Assembly (NCBI GenBank): GCA_903820285.1
Contig: CAIJGS010000068.1
Span: 2,214-66,213, forward strand
From: an uncultured Verrucomicrobia subdivision 3 bacterium
Lineage (GTDB): Bacteria; Verrucomicrobiota; Verrucomicrobiia; Limisphaerales; UBA11358
Reading direction: 5' to 3'
DNA: 64,000 nucleotides
Shown here: positions 59,067 to 64,000 of the stretch, piece by piece
Layout of the letters: each line of letters starts with the position of its first letter
Position numbering within the stretch: the first letter of the stretch is position 1
The notes under the pieces: generated by a model
What the model was told of the DNA's origin: nothing
What the model saw: only the letters and a program-made list of their open reading frames with translations
Databases searched by the model: none
Position numbers and translations under genes: made by a program

Positions 59067-62000
59067 CTTAACAACTCCTGGATCTCCTCCCAATTCAGCG
59101 CCGCCGCGAATTCTTCCTCGCCGCCCAGCGTGGCCTGGATGATCTCCCGCTTCCGGTTTTGCAGGACCAAAATCTTTTCCTCCACGGTGTCGCGTGTGAT
59201 CAGCTTGTAACTTGTCACCACCTTCGTCTGACCCAGGCGATGCGCGCGGTCCGTGGCCTGTGCCTCCACCGCCGGATTCCACCACGGATCAAAGTGGATC
59301 ACCGTGTCCGCGCCCGTCAGGTTTAACCCCGTACCGCCTGCTTTCAGGCTGATCAGAAACACCGGAATTGCCGTATTGGTTTGGAATTTTTCTACCACCG
59401 CCCCGCGATCCGTCGTGGATCCGTCCAGATAACAATATTCAATGCCATCCTCGGTCAATCGCTCCTTCAGCAGCGTGAGCATGCTCACAAACTGGCTGAA
59501 CACCAGCACGCGATGGCCGCCATCGATCACTTCCTCCAGCAGTTCCGCGAACATGTCCAGCTTGCCGGAGGCATTCGCCGGCTTCACGTTCTCCAGTTTC
59601 AACAGCCGCAAATCGCAGCAAATCTGCCGCAGTCGCAGCAGCGCGCTCAGCACCACCATCCGGCTCTTCGCCAGCCCGGCCTCGCCCTCGGCCGCCAGGA
59701 CTTCCTTGCGGCTCGCCTCGATCACCTGCTGGTAAACGCCGCGCTGATCCGGCGTCAGTTCGCAATACGAGACCTGTTCGATCTTCGCCGGCAGATCCGC
59801 CGCCACCTCCTGCTTGAGGCGCCGCAGCATGAACGGACGCAGCCGCCGGGCCAGGCGTTTCTGGGCTTCCGCATTTTTCTCCTTCGCAATCGGCAGCTCG
59901 TACCGCTCGCGGAAATCTTTCGCCGACCCCAAATATCCCGGCATTAGAAAGTCAAAAATGGACCACAGATCCAGCACCGAGTTTTCCAGCGGCGTGCCCG
60001 TGAGCACCAGCCGGTGCTTGGACCGCACCGCCTTCACCGCCTGCGCATTTTGCGTCTGCCGGTTCTTGATGTGCTGCGCCTCGTCCAGCACCGTCGTGTC
60101 AAATTCCAGGCCGCGATACCGCTCCGCATCCCGCCGGATCAGCGCGTAACTCGTCACCACAATGTCGCTCGCCGCAATCTGGTCGAACCGCCCGTGCCGG
60201 TCCGGACCATGCAGCGCCAGCACCTTCAGTTCCGGCGTGAACTTTTTCACCTCCGCCACCCAGTTGAACACCAGGCTCGTGGGACACACAATCAGCATCG
60301 GCGCGCCGCCGGTGGATTGCTGTCGCACAAACCGGAGAAACGCCAGCGTCTGCAACGTTTTGCCCAGCCCCATTTCATCCGCCAGAATGCCGCCAAACCC
60401 GTTCGTCCGCAAAAAGTGCAGCCACGCCACGCCGGATTTCTGGTACGGACGCAGCACGCCCTCCAGCGTGCCCAGCGGGGGACACTCCAGCTTCGCCTCG
60501 CCGCTCTGCTTGGCCGCGCGGTCGCGCCAGGCCGAGGGTGCCGTCACCTTCCAATCGCCATGCTGCCGTAGCGTCGCCTCCAGAAAACCGGCCTGCGCGT
60601 TGTTCATCCGGTAGCCCGCCGCATTCTGTTGCGGCGCGCAATCCAGCAGCACCTCCTGCAATTCCTCCACCGCCCCCGTATCAATCACCGCCGTCTTGCC
60701 GTTCTTCAGCCGGACATGGCTCTGGCCCGACAAAATCAACCGCTGAATCTCCGCCGCCGAAAACGTCTCGCCGCTGCCCGCCGCAAACACCACGCCGAGG
60801 TCAAACCATTGCACGCCCGACGGCGTGATCTGAAACTGCGGTTCCACCCGCTCAATGTTCTTCAGCGTACGATTCTCTAATTGCTCATCCAGCGTCACGC
60901 TCCATTCGCGCTGCAATTTCGGAAATTCCCGCGCCAGAAAATTCAGCACGCTATTTTGACCCGACAACTGGAGTTTCCCCAGCGTGTCCGGCCCCGTAAA
61001 TCCGCTGCGCTGCAACCGCGCCTTCGCGCCGTTCTCCGCGCCGTAATCGCGGGTTGAATATCGCGTCGCCACCTCGGGATCCGGCAGCCACACGCCCTCA
61101 TTCGCCTCGGTGACCCCGAGCGTCATAATACGCGAACCATACGCACATTGCAGTCGCGCGCTCAGTTGCGTGGTGCCGCCCTTGAGCTCCAGCAGAAAAC
61201 GTGGCGCCTGCGGCTCCAGCGTGAAATCGGCCAGCTTGAAATTCGCCTCCAGATTGCCCGCCGCCTGCAATTGCGGCCAGAATTGGCTCAGAAACACCGG
61301 CACCTGCGGGCGCGGCACCCGCACCGGCGCGCGAAAAATCTCCTGCAATACCGGCGGCAGTGCCAGTGGTTGCAGCGAGTTGTTCCGCCACACCCAGTCC
61401 CCCACCATCACCGGCAGCGCGCCCTGACCGCGCAGCTTCACCACGATTTCCCCGTTTGCCTCCAGCGTTGCCGCCAGGGGCAGGGGCGCGGGCGTTTTAC
61501 TGATCGTCACCGCCATGGCCTTGCCAAGGGTCACATTCGGATGACCCGCCAGCACCGGCAGCAGCGCGGCAAAATCCTTCGTTTCCAGTTGCAGGATGGC
61601 CGGCGTCTCGCCATTCGTGATCACGTCAAACGCATCCAGCACCGCATTGTCCAGCGGCGAAAACCCGAACGTGCGTCCTTTGGGCAGCGCGTTCAGCGGA
61701 CACCGTCCGCCGGCCCAGCGCGCCTCCACCACCAGCATCAGCCGGCCCCGCACCGCCGCCTGCTCAAAATTCGGCGGCAAAATCAGAAACAACTCCGCCG
61801 GTTCACCGGCTTCGGAACGCAGCAGCGACGGCGTCTTCCTGACCGGCGGCGGTGGCGGCGTGGCCAGCGTGGTCGTCCGGCGATCGGCGGCCGGACTCGG
61901 TGCGGTGGCCGGCGACTGCGCCTTGAGCCAGTGCAACCCCACGGCCACGCCATGCGCACAAATTTTGCCCCATTGCCGGGCATCGCGGCAGTTGCAGAGA

Positions 62001-62197
62001 TTTTCGATATCAATGCCGTTGTGAATCACCATCGAAGCCCGGAACGACATTCCTTCCGTCTGCACCACCCCGCGCAGCAATGGCGGTTCCCAAAAGGAAC
62101 TCAGGACATGTCCCTGGTCCAAATAAGCCCGCGCGCGCTTGATCACCTCCCAGCCCGCCGCCTTTACCAGCAACGACTCGGTCAGTTCAGCGGCCAT
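59063..62197 (-). CDS. SNF2-family helicase with N-terminal SWIM zinc finger
   Basis: 1044 aa. SWIM motif CNCRDARQWGKICAHGV. SNF2 motifs LRPYQKSGVAWL, LADEMGLGKT, DEAQHIKN and the helicase C motifs (FSQF..., LKAGGTGLNLTGADTVIHFDPWWNP, QATDRAHRLGQ). Confidence 0.9.
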   Translation of the reverse strand: MAAELTESLLVKAAGWEVIKRARAYLDQGHVLSSFWEPPLLRGVVQTEGMSFRASMVIHNGIDIENLCNCRDARQWGKICAHGVAVGLHWLKAQSPATAPSPAADRRTTTLATPPPPPVRKTPSLLRSEAGEPAELFLILPPNFEQAAVRGRLMLVVEARWAGGRCPLNALPKGRTFGFSPLDNAVLDAFDVITNGETPAILQLETKDFAALLPVLAGHPNVTLGKAMAVTISKTPAPLPLAATLEANGEIVVKLRGQGALPVMVGDWVWRNNSLQPLALPPVLQEIFRAPVRVPRPQVPVFLSQFWPQLQAAGNLEANFKLADFTLEPQAPRFLLELKGGTTQLSARLQCAYGSRIMTLGVTEANEGVWLPDPEVATRYSTRDYGAENGAKARLQRSGFTGPDTLGKLQLSGQNSVLNFLAREFPKLQREWSVTLDEQLENRTLKNIERVEPQFQITPSGVQWFDLGVVFAAGSGETFSAAEIQRLILSGQSHVRLKNGKTAVIDTGAVEELQEVLLDCAPQQNAAGYRMNNAQAGFLEATLRQHGDWKVTAPSAWRDRAAKQSGEAKLECPPLGTLEGVLRPYQKSGVAWLHFLRTNGFGGILADEMGLGKTLQTLAFLRFVRQQSTGGAPMLIVCPTSLVFNWVAEVKKFTPELKVLALHGPDRHGRFDQIAASDIVVTSYALIRRDAERYRGLEFDTTVLDEAQHIKNRQTQNAQAVKAVRSKHRLVLTGTPLENSVLDLWSIFDFLMPGYLGSAKDFRERYELPIAKEKNAEAQKRLARRLRPFMLRRLKQEVAADLPAKIEQVSYCELTPDQRGVYQQVIEASRKEVLAAEGEAGLAKSRMVVLSALLRLRQICCDLRLLKLENVKPANASGKLDMFAELLEEVIDGGHRVLVFSQFVSMLTLLKERLTEDGIEYCYLDGSTTDRGAVVEKFQTNTAIPVFLISLKAGGTGLNLTGADTVIHFDPWWNPAVEAQATDRAHRLGQTKVVTSYKLITRDTVEEKILVLQNRKREIIQATLGGEEEFAAALNWEEIQELLS

Positions 62198-62250
62198 AAA
62201 TTCCTTCGGCCATCACTGGCAAATGCTCGCGGCGCGCAGCTTCGCGGAAA

Positions 62251-62285
62251 GGAGCGCGGGCTTCAGCCCGCTTCAGTGTCCAACC
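62251..62285 (-). repeat. short hairpin element ending in GCGCTCC with TTGGAC..TGAAG extension
   Basis: The minus strand reads gttggacactgaag-gcgggc-tgaa-gcccgc-gctcc. It is an inverted partner of 62321..62355. Confidence 0.55.
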
Positions 62286-62320
62286 CCGCCAGGCGCAGGC
62301 AAGTTCCAGCCCGCCTTTGG

Positions 62321-62355
62321 TTTGGACGTTGAAGCGGCGTGAACGCCGCGCTCCG
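62321..62355 (+). repeat. short hairpin element ending in GCGCTCCG with TTGGAC..TGAAG extension
   Basis: tttggacgttgaa-gcggcg-tgaa-cgccgc-gctccg. Confidence 0.55.
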
Positions 62356-62754
62356 CTCGCGCACAATCCGTGCAGCCCAATCGCCAGCGGTTCAATTTTT
62401 CCAGCTGGGCAACCCCCCCGGATTTTATACGTGTGAACCATCCATTCGTTTGACCGAGTCAAAACGCGGCAACCGTTTCCCCCTCTCCTCGGGGGAGAGG
62501 GCCGGGGTGAGGGCGGGTGTTTTGCCATATGTCTGCCCCCACGACACCCTGTCCAATGGCTTGCCCCAGGCCGGCAATCTGCGTGGCTGCCGTCCCCAAT
62601 GCGGGTGATGTGTGGTTGTATGGCCATGTAGCGGCCATCTTTTACCCAACCCGCCTCCCCGCAGCAAGGTCTTCCGCACGGGCACGGTCATAGGATGGTG
62701 GCCGGCGGTGGAAGGGAAGCTCCAGAGCACCAAGCGGCCAAGGGGGCGGGTGAA

Positions 62755-62817
62755 TTTTGGCGTCTGCCTTGATGAGGCTTGATTAAGCACGATTACAGGG
62801 GTTTCTGCCTTGATTGG
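62755..62817 (+). repeat. 63-nt GCCTTGAT-rich dispersed direct repeat, copy 1
   Basis: TTTTGGCGTCTGCCTTGATGAGGCTTGATTAAGCACGATTACAGGGGTTTCTGCCTTGATTGG. Confidence 0.85.
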
Positions 62818-62914
62818 CGGTTTGGGGATGCGGATGGCTGGCGCAGGCGGCAGCCAGAGCGGAGCGAGTGGCAGGTTTGGTCGTTGCTGCGCCCGGGACG
62901 GGTCCGCTCTGGAA

Positions 62915-62977
62915 ATTTGCCGTTTGCCTTGATATGCCTTGATTATGCACGATTGCAGGGGTTTTTGCCTTGATTGG
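62915..62977 (+). repeat. 63-nt GCCTTGAT-rich direct repeat, copy 2
   Basis: ATTTGCCGTTTGCCTTGATATGCCTTGATTATGCACGATTGCAGGGGTTTTTGCCTTGATTGG, followed by an extra ccttgatgcc. Confidence 0.85.
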
Positions 62978-63099
62978 GCCTTGATGCCTGGTTTTTTAAC
63001 GCAAAGGCGCGGAGTCGCCAAGTCGCAAAGAGGATGGGGCCAGGAGATTCCCAATGCCAACCTGCAAGCGCCTGAGGAGCGTTCAAGGGGGATAGGGTT

Positions 63100-63265
63100 T
63101 TTTGGCGTATGCCTTGATATGCCTTGATGAGGCACGATTACAGGGGTTTTCTGCCTTGATTGGGGGTGAATCGGGCAGGGATTTCGGGTTTCGGAGATCG
63201 GGGGAACCGCTAACGAAGTGAAAGCGGGCGAGATGGTTTGATTTGGTCTGATTTGGTTTGATTGC
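63100..63265 (+). repeat. GCCTTGAT-rich repeat copy 3 plus ~100-nt shared downstream extension
   Basis: The core at 63100..63163 aligns to the other copies. The extension (...tttcggagatcgggggaaccgc...gatttggtttgattgc) is shared with copy 4. Confidence 0.85.
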
Positions 63266-63369
63266 TTGGGAAAACCGGGTCTTGCTTCCCGGATTCCGGA
63301 TTTCCGGGCATGGTGGGGCGGCTGACAGGTTAGGTCGGTACCGCGCTCGGGGACGGGCACGCTACGGAT

Positions 63370-63527
63370 TTTTGGCGTTTGCCTTGATGAGCCTTGATTA
63401 CGCACGATTACAGGGGTTTTTGCCTTGATTGAGCGGAAATCGGGTCTCGGCTCCCGGATTTCGGAGATCGGGGGAGGGTAACCGCGAAATACGAAAGGTG
63501 TGTGATGGCCTGATTTGGTTTGATTGC
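63370..63527 (+). repeat. GCCTTGAT-rich repeat copy 4 plus shared downstream extension
   Basis: Core at 63370..63432. The extension (...ggatttcggagatcgggggagggtaaccgc...tgatttggtttgattgc) is shared with copy 3. Confidence 0.85.
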
Positions 63528-63721
63528 GGGTTCCGGGAGCCGGCGGTGCGTTGGACGGGGTGACAGGGCTCCCGGTGCCAATGCGGCGTCAGGCCGCCGC
63601 AGTCCACAGGGGCGGGCGGGGCATCCGGGCGCGAGTTAGGCCGTGACGGTGAGTTTACCATGTAAACCTCCAACGGGATTAATATAGCACGGGTTTTGAA
63701 AATGCAAGTGCCGAGGAGGAT

Positions 63722-64000
63722 TTAAATCACTTCGGCGGCGGGATGATCCGAATGGGTGTCGAATGTGGCCCATTTCATGCCGTGGGCTTGAGCCAAGTTG
63801 GCCAGATACCAGTCCGTGCTTTTCTTGGCATCGGGTGCGGCGTGGCCATCCAACGGGCTGATGCTGTCCGGCAGAAGCCGGATTTGCTTCCGTTCCTTGA
63901 AATCAGCCAAAATTTTTCTGGCTTCGTCCATCCTCGCTTTGTAAACCAAAACGGAAACTCTCAGGAAGCCAAGTTCCACAATCGGACAAAGGGCCAACTC
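63722..64000 (-). CDS. vapC: PIN-domain toxin VapC paralogue, 5' end outside window
   Basis: The reading frame is open to the window edge. The C-terminal 91 aa align closely with the VapC at 724..1095 (ALCPI.E.GF.RVSV.VYK...KKSTDWYLANLA...GMKWAT.D...HPAAE). Confidence 0.8.
   Translation of the reverse strand, partial: ELALCPIVELGFLRVSVLVYKARMDEARKILADFKERKQIRLLPDSISPLDGHAAPDAKKSTDWYLANLAQAHGMKWATFDTHSDHPAAEVI

Noticed and set aside
62425-63405. 326-aa minus-strand ORF (and the 146-aa ORF at 62187..62627) in the region upstream of the SNF2 gene
   Set aside because: The reading frames run straight through the 63-nt direct repeats and the hairpin repeats. Their translations are Pro/Arg/Gln-rich repeats of the same peptide words, with no start context or domain. 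This is better explained as non-coding repeat DNA.
62755-63432. Possible CRISPR array formed by the four GCCTTGAT-rich repeats
   Set aside because: The repeat unit is ~63 nt and imperfect. The spacing is irregular (160, 185 and 270 nt), part of the spacer sequence is itself repeated, and no cas genes are present.

Overview
High-GC (roughly 58-60% by eye) chromosomal segment, probably from a PVC-superphylum bacterium. Verrucomicrobiota is the most likely source, based on an H-X9-DG pseudopilin-like protein, giant autotransporter-associated beta-strand-repeat (PATR) proteins and a sulfatase array. Gene order: a 5'-truncated alpha/beta hydrolase, a VapBC toxin-antitoxin pair, tcdA, murJ and tyrS. 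Next comes a minus-strand string of envelope or secreted proteins: an astacin-like M12A protease, a parallel beta-helix protein, an M48 peptidase with a long C-terminal extension, a stand-alone cNMP-binding protein and a 571-aa polytopic permease-like protein. Then a Tat-signal metallophosphoesterase, an ECF sigma / putative anti-sigma / LTXXQ triad, and two overlapping thymidylate-kinase-like genes. A complex I operon nuoB-N follows; it has no nuoA, and an antisense tRNA-Gln(CUG) sits between nuoE and nuoF. After that is an ECF sigma plus multidomain Ser/Thr kinase pair. A ~24 kb locus of sulfated-glycan utilisation type follows: NarL-type response regulator, beta-propeller/Y_Y_Y histidine kinase, GH20, a PL8 lyase fused to PATR repeats, a pseudopilin-like protein, a second PATR giant protein, five Cys-type sulfatases and a DUF3472-like protein. 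The window ends with a zinc-ribbon membrane protein, a SWIM-SNF2 helicase, a 1.5 kb repeat-dense non-coding region and a second, 5'-truncated VapC paralogue. I saw no transposase, integrase, CRISPR array or rRNA. The most unusual item is the ECF sigma paired with a Ser/Thr kinase whose extracytoplasmic part is an apparently intact M23 peptidase plus two DUF4019-like modules. All family assignments rest on motifs read by eye, with no database search.
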